Source: a virus
Virus record (IMG/VR): IMGVR_UViG_3300045988_056259
Strand: one strand, 5' to 3'
DNA length: 42,891 bases
The first letter of the stretch is position 1; the number at the start of each line of letters is the position of its first letter. The notes below the pieces were generated by a model, which saw only the letters and a list, made by a program, of their open reading frames with translations, did no database searches and was not told where the DNA came from. Made by a program: the position numbers and the translations under genes. This document shows positions 15,709 to 25,706 of this stretch, piece after piece.

Positions 15709-16161
15709 ATGAAATTTGACTACAACATCAAAGTCACCGACAACACCCCGCAGCTGCATGAAGCGCTGGAAGCGTGGGCTGAGCGGGTGCTGACCATCTG
15801 GGGCATGAAGGTGCAGGACTATGCCCAGCTGCTTGTGCCAACCGGAACGGCAGACAGCACCGGCATAGAGGGCTATGTGGGCGGTGCGCTGAAAGCATCC
15901 CTTACCTACGTTGTCTCTGCGGCGCAAAAGACCGTGACCATCGGCTCAAACCTGTTTTACAGCGTCTATGTGGAGTTGGGCACCGGTATTTTTGCCGAGA
16001 AGGGCAACGGACGCAAAACGCCGTGGGTTTGGCAAGACATCAACGGCAAATGGCACTTTACCCGGGGCATGGCTCCCCGCCCCTTCCTGCGCCCGGCGGT
16101 GGAAGATCATATCAAAGAACTGCAAGAGATTGCAGTAGAGGAAGGAAACAAGGAGGCATAA
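15709..16161 (+). CDS. HK97 gp10-like neck/tail-completion family protein, in an unusual position upstream of the scaffold gene.
   Basis: Motifs FYSVYVELGTG and RPFLRPAVEDH resemble the HK97 gp10 family. Confidence 0.45.
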   Translation: MKFDYNIKVTDNTPQLHEALEAWAERVLTIWGMKVQDYAQLLVPTGTADSTGIEGYVGGALKASLTYVVSAAQKTVTIGSNLFYSVYVELGTGIFAEKGNGRKTPWVWQDINGKWHFTRGMAPRPFLRPAVEDHIKELQEIAVEEGNKEA

Positions 16162-16165
16162 AAGC

Positions 16166-16351
16166 ATGACAGAACTTGAAACTTTGAGCGCACGACTTGA
16201 AGAGGCCGTGAAAAAGCAGATAGAAGCTGATGAAGCATATCACAAAGCCGCCGAAGAGGTGGAAAGCATAAAGGCAGAAATGGTGAGAGTAAAAAACAAG
16301 CGAGAAAAAGAACTTCATACAATTTGCTTGGGGTATCTTCTCTACCTCTAA
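16166..16351 (+). CDS. Small coiled-coil protein (61 aa).
   Basis: AAGGAGG RBS. Charged heptad-like sequence. Confidence 0.5.
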   Translation: MTELETLSARLEEAVKKQIEADEAYHKAAEEVESIKAEMVRVKNKREKELHTICLGYLLYL

Positions 16352-16363
16352 AATTTAATATCC

Positions 16364-16395
16364 AGCGGTTGGCGCACAGCGTCAGCCGCTTTTTT
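16364..16395 (+). terminator. Strong rho-independent terminator.
   Basis: 12-bp stem agcggttggcgc / gcgtcagccgct (2 G:U pairs), loop aca, followed by TTTTT. Confidence 0.75.
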
Positions 16396-16397
16396 AT

Positions 16398-16473
16398 GCC
16401 GTTTTCGCACAACTGGCAGTGCTCCCGGCTCATAACCGGGGAGTTGCAGGTTCGACCCCTGCAAGCGGCACCA
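16398..16473 (+). tRNA. Second tRNA with a CAU anticodon (Met or Ile2), with encoded CCA. It sits between head genes.
   Basis: gccgttt-tc-gcac aactggca gtgc-t-cccgg CTCATAA ccggg-gagtt-gcagg ttcgacc cctgc-aagcggc-a-cca. Confidence 0.85.
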
Positions 16474-16549
16474 CACCGGCAGCACGTCCGGCAAATTAAA
16501 CCTTATTGCCAAGCATGGCAGCCCAAGCAAGGGCAGAAAGGACACACAC

Positions 16550-17137
16550 ATGGCACTCGAACGAAAGACTCTCCGGGCGATTCTGGAAGATGAAACGACC
16601 GACACCAGCGGCAAGCTCAAGAAAATTCTGGACGTGCTGCATGAGGAAACGGACGCCTTGCAGAACCAACTCGAGGAGAAGGACGCAGCTATCGCCAAAG
16701 CGGAAAAGGAACGGGACGCAGCCAACAGCGGTAAGCAGACCGCGGAGCAGGCGCTGACCGACTACAAGACCCAGCAGACCGCAAAGGAATCCAGAGCCGC
16801 AAAGGAATCCAAGTTCCGGGAGCAGCTCAAGGCCGCAGGTGTGCTGGAAAAGTACTTTGACCGCATCGTGCGCTTGTCTGGCGAGGACATCGACAAGATG
16901 GAACTGGACAGCAAGGGCAATGTAAAGAACGCGGACAAGCTGGCTGAGAGCCTGAAAACCGATTGGAGCGACTATGTGGGCAGCACATCCACCAAGGGCG
17001 CACCGGTGGACAACCCGCCCGCAAACACCGGCTCCAAAATGACCAAAGACCAGATTTTTGCAATCAAGGACGCGGGCGAGCGTCAGGCCGCGATTGCAGC
17101 AAATGCCGACCTGTTTACAGGCGGCGGGAAGGAATAA
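16550..17137 (+). CDS. Scaffolding protein (GP20-like).
   Basis: Coiled-coil, charged, 195 aa, directly upstream of the major capsid gene. Confidence 0.6.
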   Translation: MALERKTLRAILEDETTDTSGKLKKILDVLHEETDALQNQLEEKDAAIAKAEKERDAANSGKQTAEQALTDYKTQQTAKESRAAKESKFREQLKAAGVLEKYFDRIVRLSGEDIDKMELDSKGNVKNADKLAESLKTDWSDYVGSTSTKGAPVDNPPANTGSKMTKDQIFAIKDAGERQAAIAANADLFTGGGKE

Positions 17138-17140
17138 TCT

Positions 17141-18040
17141 ATGGCAGCAAAAGAAAATCTGATTACCACCACTGAAATCACCGTCAACCCCCGCGAGATC
17201 GACTTCGTGACCCGTTTCCAGCGCAACTGGGATCATCTGAGGGAGATCATGGGCATCATGCGCCCCATCCGTATGCAGCCCGGCACTGTGCTGAAGAGCA
17301 AGTATGCACAGGGGACCCTGCAGAGCGGCACCGTGGCAGAGGGCGAGGAGATTCCCTACAGCCAGTACACCGTCAAAGAGAAGGACTACGGCAAGATCAC
17401 CATCGAGAAGTACGCCAAGGCCGTCTCCCTTGAGGCTATCCAGAATTACGGCTACGAGGTTGCCGTGCAGAAGACCGATGACGAGTTCCTGTACGACCTG
17501 ACCGCAAAGGTGACCGACAAGTTCTACAAGTACCTGAACACCGGCAGCCTGAAGGGCACCCCCAAGACCTTCCAGATGGCTCTGGCAATGGCAAAGGGCA
17601 GCGTGGAGAACAAGTTCAAGAATATGCACCGCACCGTCACCGGCGTTGTGGGCTTTGCAAACGTTCTGGACGTGGCCGAGTATCTGGGCACCGCAAACAT
17701 CACCATCCAGAACCAGTACGGCTTCCAGTACATCAAGGACTTCATGGGCTACAACACCATTTTCCTGCTGTCCGATGGTGAGATCGCAAAGGGCAAGGTC
17801 ATTGCCACCCCCGTGGACAACATCGTGATGTACTATGTTGACCCTTCCGACAGCGACTACGCCAAGGCTGGTCTGGTGTACACCACCGCAGGCGAGGCAA
17901 GCAACCTGATCGGCTTCCATACGCAGGGCAACTACACCACCGCCGTGTCCGAAAGCTTTGCCATCACCGGCGTGACCCTGTTTGCCGAGTATCTGGACGG
18001 CATCTCTGTCCAGACCATCACCCCGGGCGAATCGGTCTAA
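17141..18040 (+). CDS. Major capsid protein.
   Basis: 299 aa after the scaffold gene, with strongly biased high-expression codon usage. Sequence MAAKENLITTTEITVNPREIDFVTRFQRNW... Confidence 0.8.
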   Translation: MAAKENLITTTEITVNPREIDFVTRFQRNWDHLREIMGIMRPIRMQPGTVLKSKYAQGTLQSGTVAEGEEIPYSQYTVKEKDYGKITIEKYAKAVSLEAIQNYGYEVAVQKTDDEFLYDLTAKVTDKFYKYLNTGSLKGTPKTFQMALAMAKGSVENKFKNMHRTVTGVVGFANVLDVAEYLGTANITIQNQYGFQYIKDFMGYNTIFLLSDGEIAKGKVIATPVDNIVMYYVDPSDSDYAKAGLVYTTAGEASNLIGFHTQGNYTTAVSESFAITGVTLFAEYLDGISVQTITPGESV

Positions 18041-18062
18041 TCTACAAAGGAGGTGACCCCAC

Positions 18063-18473
18063 GTGACCGTGCAAGAGTTGTGCGTTTACACGCACAATTT
18101 TTTTGATCGGTACGATGACCCCACCGCCGGTGAATTTACCTTTACGGCAGATACTGTCCCAGCCGGGGTGTCCGCCGGGCAGTATTTCCTTGTGTGCGGG
18201 TCTATCTTTAACGACGGCGTGCACAAGGCGGGAGACGGAGACCTTACCCCGGAAACTTTTACCGGCACGGTACAGCCTATGCGCGTCCCTCCTGATTTTG
18301 TGGCGCTTGTCCAGAAGATCACCGAATACGATGCAGCCACGCCCGGCGGCGGGCGCTATGTTTCCCAGTCTTTCAACGGATGGAGCGGCGCCATGGCCAC
18401 CGGCACGGATGGCTTGCCCGCAGACGGCTGCACCCACTACCGCCGGGAGATCAACCAATGGAGGAAACTGTAA
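18063..18473 (+). CDS. Head-tail connector protein (called from position).
   Basis: AAAGGAGG 8 nt before GTG 18063. It lies between the capsid and tail genes. Confidence 0.4.
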   Translation: MTVQELCVYTHNFFDRYDDPTAGEFTFTADTVPAGVSAGQYFLVCGSIFNDGVHKAGDGDLTPETFTGTVQPMRVPPDFVALVQKITEYDAATPGGGRYVSQSFNGWSGAMATGTDGLPADGCTHYRREINQWRKL

Positions 18474-18844
18474 TGCCCGTAAACGATTTCACTAAATTCA
18501 CCGTGATGGAGAATTTTACAAAAAAGTTCTGCTTCATGGAAAAAAAGCTGGTTTCGGATGGGCTTTTTGGATCTACCACCACATGGGAGGACGGCATGGA
18601 GTTCCTTGCCATCGAGCGGCATGACCAGACCATTGAAGCACAGCAGGCAGAGCAGCAGGGCACGGCATCCACCTACTCCCTCTATGTGGATAAGGGCATC
18701 AAGCTGTCCCCCTTCGACCGCATCAAGCGGCTGGACGATGGGCAGACCTATGAGGTGACCACCGCGAGCAGCGACAAGATTTCGCCCGCCGAAAGCCAGA
18801 TGAATCTTGCAGTTGTGCAGTGCAAAAAGGTGGTGCTTTCCTGA
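18473..18844 (+). CDS. Head closure / head-tail adaptor protein (called from position).
   Basis: TAATG overlap with the upstream gene. About 123 aa. Confidence 0.4.
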   Translation: MPVNDFTKFTVMENFTKKFCFMEKKLVSDGLFGSTTTWEDGMEFLAIERHDQTIEAQQAEQQGTASTYSLYVDKGIKLSPFDRIKRLDDGQTYEVTTASSDKISPAESQMNLAVVQCKKVVLS

Positions 18845-19221
18845 TGGGCGCAGCAGAAGCCGTTACCACGGCGCTGAACAGCTATTTTACGCTGTTCAAG
18901 ATTCCGGTATACCCGGAGGATTTTGTGCCGCAGGGCACTTCCCTGCCCTATATCACGGTGCTGCCGGTCATTCCCAAGGGATTTGACGAGAGCAGCACCT
19001 TCCATGCGCGGCTGTGGTATCCGGTGGACAGCGGCAAGCTGCCCATCATCCGCAAAACAGACGAGATGCGCGCTGCCCTTGGTGATGGGCTTACCATCGA
19101 GTGCGAGGGCGGCGCAATTCTTTTATGCGCAGGCAATCCGTGGGCGCAGTCTATGGACAACCCGCCGGAAAAATACCTGTGCACATACCTTACTTTTGAC
19201 GTCACATCTTTTGTGGTGTGA
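18844..19221 (+). CDS. Tail completion / neck protein (called from position).
   Basis: TGATG overlap. 125 aa. Confidence 0.35.
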   Translation: MGAAEAVTTALNSYFTLFKIPVYPEDFVPQGTSLPYITVLPVIPKGFDESSTFHARLWYPVDSGKLPIIRKTDEMRAALGDGLTIECEGGAILLCAGNPWAQSMDNPPEKYLCTYLTFDVTSFVV

Positions 19222-19234
19222 GAAAGGATAACGC

Positions 19235-19795
19235 ATGAACAAAATGTATCACGCCATTTCGGCAGATGCTTTCAAAAAGCTTCAGTTTCAGGCTGGCGCA
19301 CTGCTGAAGAAGTTCGACCCGGCGGGCACTACCCCCATTGCAGCGGAGGATATGATCTGCCTGACTTCCGGCGGCATCACCGTCAGCTGCAAGCCCAACA
19401 CTATTGATCTGGGCGAGAATCTGGACGAAGTGCCCGAGAACACCTACCAGCTCAAGCACATTACCAGCTGGGATTGCGGCATGTCTACCACCTGCATGAC
19501 CGTGAGCGCCGACACCATCAAGCTGGAACTGGGCGCTGCAGACGTGGAAACCAACAAGATCACCGTGCGCGAGGACTACGAAAACACGGACTTCCAGGAT
19601 ATCTGGTGGCATGGCAATCTGATCGGCGGCGGCTATGCTGCGGTCAAGCTGATGAAGGCCGTGAGCGACGGCGGCCTTGAGCTGAAAACCACCAAGGACG
19701 GCAAGGGCAACATCAACCTGAGCCTGAAGGGCCACTACGACATGACCGACACCAGCAAGGTGCCTATGGAGTTCTACGTCAAGGAGGCAGAGTAA
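19235..19795 (+). CDS. Major tail protein.
   Basis: 186 aa immediately upstream of the chaperone pair and tape measure gene. Confidence 0.7.
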   Translation: MNKMYHAISADAFKKLQFQAGALLKKFDPAGTTPIAAEDMICLTSGGITVSCKPNTIDLGENLDEVPENTYQLKHITSWDCGMSTTCMTVSADTIKLELGAADVETNKITVREDYENTDFQDIWWHGNLIGGGYAAVKLMKAVSDGGLELKTTKDGKGNINLSLKGHYDMTDTSKVPMEFYVKEAE

Positions 19796-19796
19796 T

Positions 19797-20270
19797 ATGA
19801 TCCTTACCATCAATCTTGACCCCGTGGAAGCCCTGCCCAAACTGTATGACGCGGTGGACGGTATCACCCACATGATCATGGACGCAAAGGACAACGTGGA
19901 CAACCCGGAGACCAAAGCCGCCCGGGAGACCATTGTTGCCAACGCCATGAAGCTGCTGGGTGCAGAGCCTGCCGAAACCGCAGAGGGCAAGAAGAAGCTG
20001 ACCCCGCGCGAGTTTGCGCTGGCTGCGCTGGACTTTATCAAGCCCCTGATGAAGCTTGACCCGCAGCGCACCATGAACGCCCTGCACCAGCTGTACACGC
20101 TGGAAAAGGGCGAGAAAGACACCCTGCCCAAGGCGTTCACCGCGCTTACCAAGTCCGTGATGCAGGAGGATATGCAGGATTTTTTGTCATCGCTGGCCGA
20201 CTTGAACGGCCTGAGTTTTGGCACTACCTCTGCCGCGCCGACCTCCAGCATCTCCGCGCCTACGGAATAA
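19797..20270 (+). CDS. Tail assembly chaperone (G-like).
   Basis: Position before the tape measure gene. It contains the slip site T_TTT_TTG. Confidence 0.7.
   Translation: MILTINLDPVEALPKLYDAVDGITHMIMDAKDNVDNPETKAARETIVANAMKLLGAEPAETAEGKKKLTPREFALAALDFIKPLMKLDPQRTMNALHQLYTLEKGEKDTLPKAFTALTKSVMQEDMQDFLSSLADLNGLSFGTTSAAPTSSISAPTE
20180..20186 (+). promoter_or_regulatory. -1 programmed frameshift slippery heptamer T TTT TTG.
   Basis: The zero-frame codons are gat ttt ttg. The -1 frame stays open from here to 20539. Confidence 0.6.
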
Positions 20271-20539
20271 AGTATTTCGTCTGGTTCGTCATTAGCGAGA
20301 TGCGCGAACGCCACCGCACAAAGGCATACCAGCTGTACACGGCTGATATGCTTTTTCTTTGTGCTGTATCGCTGGGGCAGCAGGTGGAGCAGTCCTTCAG
20401 CGAGATCATGGCAGAGTACGACAAGCCGCTATCCCAGCGCCGACACGAGACCACGCTGGAAGAAGCGCAGGCGTGCTGGGAAAAGACGCTTGCAGACAGT
20501 AAAAAAGCCGCAGCGCAGAACGGAGGTGGTGAGACCTGA
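20186..20539 (+). CDS. -1 frame extension giving the GT-like chaperone fusion (19797..20186 joined to 20186..20539).
   Basis: The -1 frame has no stops from well upstream of the slip site to TGA 20537-20539. This is the canonical G/GT arrangement. Confidence 0.6.
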   Translation, partial: VIAGRLERPEFWHYLCRADLQHLRAYGIKYFVWFVISEMRERHRTKAYQLYTADMLFLCAVSLGQQVEQSFSEIMAEYDKPLSQRRHETTLEEAQACWEKTLADSKKAAAQNGGGET

Positions 20540-20553
20540 ATATTTTCAATTTG

Positions 20554-23238
20554 ATGGCCACTTTGGGGCTTGATACCTCTGAGTATGAGCAGGGCATCGA
20601 GCAGGCCCAAAAAGAGACGCAAAGCGCCGCAAACTCGCTGAACCGCAGCGCAAACACCGCCGGGAGCGGCGTTTCGGGCATGGCAAGCCAGTTTGCAGCA
20701 GCCAGCGCAAAAGCGACTGTCCTTGCAAATATGCTTACATCGCTTGGGACAAAAGCGGTAGGCCTTGCAAAGGGCTTTGTGGAGATGGGCATTTCATACA
20801 ATGCCCAGATAGAAAAGTACACCACCGGCTTTACCAATATGTTGGGCAGCGCACAGGCCGCGCAGGAAGCCATGAAGGCCATTCAGGAGGACGCAGCCCG
20901 CACCCCGTTTGACGTGGCATCGCTGACGCAGGCAAACCAGCTGCTTATCAGCGCAGGCGAAAATGCTGCGTATTCCCGCAAGGTCATCAATGCGCTGGGT
21001 GATGCAGTTTCCGCAACAGGCGGCGGCAACGCAGAACTGTCCCGCATGGCTGCAAACCTGCAGCAGATTGCAAACGTGGGCAAGGCTGCAGCAATCGACA
21101 TCAAGCAGTTTGCCTATGCGGGCATCAATATCTATCAGATCTTGGCAGACTACACCGGCAAATCGGTGCAGGAAGTCCAGAGCATGACCATCAGCTACGA
21201 CCTTCTTTCGCAGGCGCTCATAGCCGCCAGCGAGGAGGGCGGGCGTTACTATAACGCCATGGACACCCAGAGCCAGACCATGAACGGGCGTATATCCACC
21301 CTGAAGGATAACGTCAGCCAGCTGGCCGGACTTATGACCGGCGACCTTTCCTCCGGCATCGGCGTTGTAATAGGCCACCTGAACGACATGGTTGTCGCAG
21401 CACAGGAAGCCTACAAAGAGGACGGCTGGAAGGGTCTCGGGAACGCAATTCTTGAGCTGGATAATCCAATCAGTGCCATCATCAAAAAGTTTGGGCAGCT
21501 TGGCAGCGCGGCTGTTAGTGCACTGGATAAGGCAAGCTACTATCTTAACAAGGCACTTGGAAAAAATGCTTACGCAGGGTACGACAACTACGACGACTAC
21601 AAGTCAGACAAGCAAAAGCAAAGCAACAGGGACCGGCTACGGCAGAATGCTCTTTCCGGCAAAAGCGTAAGCAACAAAAGTTGGTCTGAGCGTCAGGCAG
21701 AAGCAGCGGCCGCGAGTGGAAGCGGCGGCAGCTCCATCGTTACAAGTCCTTCCAGTTCCTCCGGCAAGAGCGCCGGCGCAAAATCCAAAACCGAAACCGT
21801 CATAGCGTCCGTGACGCACACCGCAACCACCACCGCACAGAACGCGCTGGGCGCGGTGACTACAAGCGTTGAGACCCTGCAGGAGAAGGTCAAGGACGCA
21901 GCGGGCAAAATCAAAGACCGCGTGACCGAGACCACTACCGAGACCGGCAAAGAGATGGTCAACGGCGTTGCTACCACCTATACGCTTGTGACCAAGAAAG
22001 TTACGGACGCAAACGGCAAGATAAGCACAACGACCAAGAAGGTCTACGCCGATATGTCCAAGACCCTGCTTGGCACCCTGACCACCATTGCAGAAAAGAC
22101 CTTCAACGGCATCACAACCACTACGCAACAGGCCGTGGAAACCTACGCGGACGGCAGCCAGCATATCAAGACCACCGCCACCGAGACCGGCGAGCGCATT
22201 GTGGACGGCGTGCGGCAGACCTACACCAAGGTCATCAGCTACGTTGACGGCGTGCAGGACAAGGTAACAGAGACCGCGCAGAACATCGACAAGAGCATCA
22301 AGGCGACCCAAAAACGCATTGAGGAGAACCTGAGCAAGGCACAGCAGCAGTTCAACAGCGGGATCTTCAAGCTGGGTAAAAACCTGTACACCGACCTCAA
22401 AAATCAGGACTGGGCGGCGCTTGGTCTGGATATCGTCAACATGATGTGGGGCGAGGTGTCACAGGAGCAGCGCGAAGTCCTGTCCGACTGGGCAAACAAG
22501 GCGCTGGAAGCCATCAACGAGGCGTATTCCGGCGGCGGTCTGAGCGAGGCGTTCAACGCTTTTAAGCAGATCATGTCCAACGGCATCAAAGCAGATGCAG
22601 ACGGCGTTACAACGGACGTTAAGGGCTTGAGCAATGTATTTCAGGAGCTGGGCATCAACGTTTCCAACGTTGGCAGCAAGATCATGGGCGTGCTGGGCAC
22701 CATGGGTACCGGCATGGGCACCTTTGTCTCCAACGCAGGCACTGGTATTGCAAAACTTGCCGGGAGCATGGGCAGTCTTGGTACGCTTGCGCAGGGCGCA
22801 GGCGGACTGATCGCAAAGATTGGCGGTCTGATCATCTCGAACCCGGAGGTTGCCGCGATCATCGCTATTGTGGCCGGTGTGGCGGCGCTAGGCGCTGCAC
22901 TGTTTGCAAAGTTCGGCAAGGGCAAGAGCAGCGGCGGGCAGGCTGTGAGCCACTACGAAAGCCCCTTTGCCGGGCATGACGTGTACGACAGCCTGACCGA
23001 GTTTTCAACCCGGGCAGCCATGCAGCACCGCTACATAGAAAAGACCACCGGCACGGATGCACAGCTGGGCATTTTGCAGCAGATCCGCGATATGCTGGAC
23101 GAGCATCTGCCGGACATCGGCACCGGACAGCTTGTCATGGACGGCGAAAAGGTTGCCGATATGCTCACACCGCGCCTTGCGACCAACATGGATACCAGCA
23201 TGGGCGTGTATACCCTGCGGGCAGAAAGGGGTGTTTAA
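20554..23238 (+). CDS. Tape measure protein.
   Basis: About 894 aa, Ala/Gly/Thr-rich and helical, with a C-terminal hydrophobic glycine-rich segment. The position is canonical. Confidence 0.85.
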   Translation: MATLGLDTSEYEQGIEQAQKETQSAANSLNRSANTAGSGVSGMASQFAAASAKATVLANMLTSLGTKAVGLAKGFVEMGISYNAQIEKYTTGFTNMLGSAQAAQEAMKAIQEDAARTPFDVASLTQANQLLISAGENAAYSRKVINALGDAVSATGGGNAELSRMAANLQQIANVGKAAAIDIKQFAYAGINIYQILADYTGKSVQEVQSMTISYDLLSQALIAASEEGGRYYNAMDTQSQTMNGRISTLKDNVSQLAGLMTGDLSSGIGVVIGHLNDMVVAAQEAYKEDGWKGLGNAILELDNPISAIIKKFGQLGSAAVSALDKASYYLNKALGKNAYAGYDNYDDYKSDKQKQSNRDRLRQNALSGKSVSNKSWSERQAEAAAASGSGGSSIVTSPSSSSGKSAGAKSKTETVIASVTHTATTTAQNALGAVTTSVETLQEKVKDAAGKIKDRVTETTTETGKEMVNGVATTYTLVTKKVTDANGKISTTTKKVYADMSKTLLGTLTTIAEKTFNGITTTTQQAVETYADGSQHIKTTATETGERIVDGVRQTYTKVISYVDGVQDKVTETAQNIDKSIKATQKRIEENLSKAQQQFNSGIFKLGKNLYTDLKNQDWAALGLDIVNMMWGEVSQEQREVLSDWANKALEAINEAYSGGGLSEAFNAFKQIMSNGIKADADGVTTDVKGLSNVFQELGINVSNVGSKIMGVLGTMGTGMGTFVSNAGTGIAKLAGSMGSLGTLAQGAGGLIAKIGGLIISNPEVAAIIAIVAGVAALGAALFAKFGKGKSSGGQAVSHYESPFAGHDVYDSLTEFSTRAAMQHRYIEKTTGTDAQLGILQQIRDMLDEHLPDIGTGQLVMDGEKVADMLTPRLATNMDTSMGVYTLRAERGV

Positions 23239-23976
23239 ATGGCAATCCACAGCGCAAAGCTGGGCAATTACAACACCCTTGCAACGTGGGGGCTGTACAT
23301 GAAGGTGGGCAGCCCGAACATCGGCGAGCCTGAACCGGACGAGACCCTTGTGCAGATACCCGGATCTGACACGCTGCTCAACCTTACTACCTCGCTGGAC
23401 GGCAAGGCGCACTACAAAAAACGCACTATTACCATGGAACTGCTTTGCCCCGCACCGAAAAAGCTGTGGAAGGTACTGCAAAGCCGTCTGCACAATGCCC
23501 TTGAGGGCAAGTGGCTGCAATGCGTGTTTGACGATGATCCATCGTGGTACTGGGAGGGGCTGTGGCACGTCAAGTTCGTGCCGGGGCGGCTCTCCGCTAC
23601 GGTCACCATCACCGGCAGCTGCAATCCGTACAAGTACAACGTTTACGACGGCACACAGGATATCCGGTGGGACGACATCAACTTTGAAACGGACATCCTG
23701 CGGGACTACCGCAGCATTGCGCTGCCAGCCGATACGCCGGTGGATGTGGTCATCTACGGCGCACCGCACACCGCGGCTGTCTATTTCCAGCGCGGCGAAA
23801 GCGAGGCAAATGTGTCGTTGCAGGTCAACAAGGCCTATGCGGGCAGCCTTGCCAAAACGACCGAATGGCAGTATCTGGAGGGGCTGGATATCCCGGATGG
23901 TGAAACCGTCACCATGACCTTTACCGCTACTGCTGCAAGCAGCATCACCATCAAGTATCTGGGGGCAAGCCTATGA
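23239..23976 (+). CDS. Distal tail protein (Dit-like).
   Basis: 245 aa directly after the tape measure gene. Confidence 0.65.
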   Translation: MAIHSAKLGNYNTLATWGLYMKVGSPNIGEPEPDETLVQIPGSDTLLNLTTSLDGKAHYKKRTITMELLCPAPKKLWKVLQSRLHNALEGKWLQCVFDDDPSWYWEGLWHVKFVPGRLSATVTITGSCNPYKYNVYDGTQDIRWDDINFETDILRDYRSIALPADTPVDVVIYGAPHTAAVYFQRGESEANVSLQVNKAYAGSLAKTTEWQYLEGLDIPDGETVTMTFTATAASSITIKYLGASL

Positions 23977-25706
23977 GTTACAAGATCTATGCCGGCACGC
24001 AGAACGGCGTGGACAGCTGGGAAAACCGGGTCTGTATCTATGCGCCCGGCTCTGCGTTGGAGACCACGAAGCTGATCAGCCCCACCCTGACCCGGGAATT
24101 TGGAAAGGCCGGAAATCTGGAATTTACCATCCCGCTGGGCAACGTGGCGCACAGCGCGCTGCAAAAGCTGAAAACGGTGGTGTCCGTGGAGCAGGACGGC
24201 AAGGAGATCTGGCAAGGCAGGGTCATGAGCCATGAGCAGGATTTTCTGCTGCGGCAGAAGGTGTACTGTGAGGGCGAGCTTGCCTACCTCAACGACACCG
24301 ATGTACCACCCTACACCGCCAAGGATGTGACCATCCGGCAGTTTCTGGACTTTCTCTGCAAGAATCACACCAGCCTGACCGACAGCTATAAAAGCTTCCG
24401 CATCGGAAACGTCACGGTGGAGGAGCAAAAGCGGTATGTTCCGGTAGCCGAAAAGTGCTATCTGAAGCTGGACTATGCCGCCAGCAGCCCGGACGAGCAG
24501 GGCGACTATTACCAAGAATGGGGTCTGTACTCCCAAAACGGGAACCGACTTGAAGAGAGTTTTTCCTACATTTTCTCCGACTATGAGGACGTGCAGACCC
24601 CACCAGCACAAAACTGGCCGCTGAACGAGATCGTAACCGGAAAGGAGTACCTTGCCTGGCGCACGGGAGACAACCAGTTTACCCTCCGCCGGAACGCGAT
24701 CTCTCAGGGCAGCAAGACCTATGATGCAGAGCATACCATTGTTACCCCGTCCATCACTACGCCGATAGAGACCTATAAGTTTGACGCCACCATAAAGGTG
24801 GCAAAAAAGGACACCGAATCCACAACGTACAGCATCAAAACGGAAAAAGACGGCACGGTCAACGTGTACGTCAACGGGGAAAAGTCCGCAGACTACACCC
24901 CGCAGCTTGTGGAGGAGCTGCACGAGTTCGGCGATGGTAAGAACTACGGCAAAACGTGGGACATCTTGCAAAGCGAGCTTGTGGACGTGTACGGCGGCTA
25001 TCTGGCAACCCGGCACGAAACGATTCATTATCCCCCCTTGTTCCCCGGTCTGAACAAGAGAGCACGCTATCTGGACTATGTACAGGACGCGACCGAGCGC
25101 AACGTGCAGGGCATCACCTTCGGCACAAACCTGCTTGACCTGACCAGCTACGTCAAGGCCGAGGATATCGTCACCCGGGTAATCGCCATCGGCAAGAAAA
25201 AAAGCGGCTGGTTTTTGTGGGAGACCACCAACACCCTGACCGCCACTGCCAACGATGAAACCGCCCAGAAGCTGTACGGCCTTATCACCCGGTATCTGGT
25301 GCTGGACGGCACGGCCAACACACAGCAGTCCCTGCAGGACGAGGCAGACATGGAGCTTGGCAAGCATCTGCGCCTTGCGGACGGCATCACGGTGAAAGCC
25401 GTAGACCTGAAGGACGCGGGCGTGGACGTGGACAGGATCGCTTTCGGAAAGCTGACGCACATTATTTCCGCGCCCCACGGCATTGATGTGTGGATCAATT
25501 GCAACAAGCTCGTAGAGCCGTTGGACAAGCCCGCAAAGAAGGAGTTCACCTTCGGCAAAAAGTTTTCCAGCATATCCGACCTGCAGGCGCTCAGCGCCCG
25601 CAAAGCAACCACCGCGTATGACCTGAGCCGCACGCTCAAGGGGTACGCATCTGATGTGCAGTCTTATGCGCTGAAAACGATGGAGGCAGACAATGAAACC
25701 GTTTAA
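23973..25706 (+). CDS. Tail-associated protein (Tal / prophage-tail N-terminal family).
   Basis: 577 aa after Dit. N-terminus MSYKIYAGTQNGVDSWENRVCIY...LEFTIPLGN...VEQDGKEIWQGRV. Confidence 0.65.
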   Translation: MSYKIYAGTQNGVDSWENRVCIYAPGSALETTKLISPTLTREFGKAGNLEFTIPLGNVAHSALQKLKTVVSVEQDGKEIWQGRVMSHEQDFLLRQKVYCEGELAYLNDTDVPPYTAKDVTIRQFLDFLCKNHTSLTDSYKSFRIGNVTVEEQKRYVPVAEKCYLKLDYAASSPDEQGDYYQEWGLYSQNGNRLEESFSYIFSDYEDVQTPPAQNWPLNEIVTGKEYLAWRTGDNQFTLRRNAISQGSKTYDAEHTIVTPSITTPIETYKFDATIKVAKKDTESTTYSIKTEKDGTVNVYVNGEKSADYTPQLVEELHEFGDGKNYGKTWDILQSELVDVYGGYLATRHETIHYPPLFPGLNKRARYLDYVQDATERNVQGITFGTNLLDLTSYVKAEDIVTRVIAIGKKKSGWFLWETTNTLTATANDETAQKLYGLITRYLVLDGTANTQQSLQDEADMELGKHLRLADGITVKAVDLKDAGVDVDRIAFGKLTHIISAPHGIDVWINCNKLVEPLDKPAKKEFTFGKKFSSISDLQALSARKATTAYDLSRTLKGYASDVQSYALKTMEADNETV

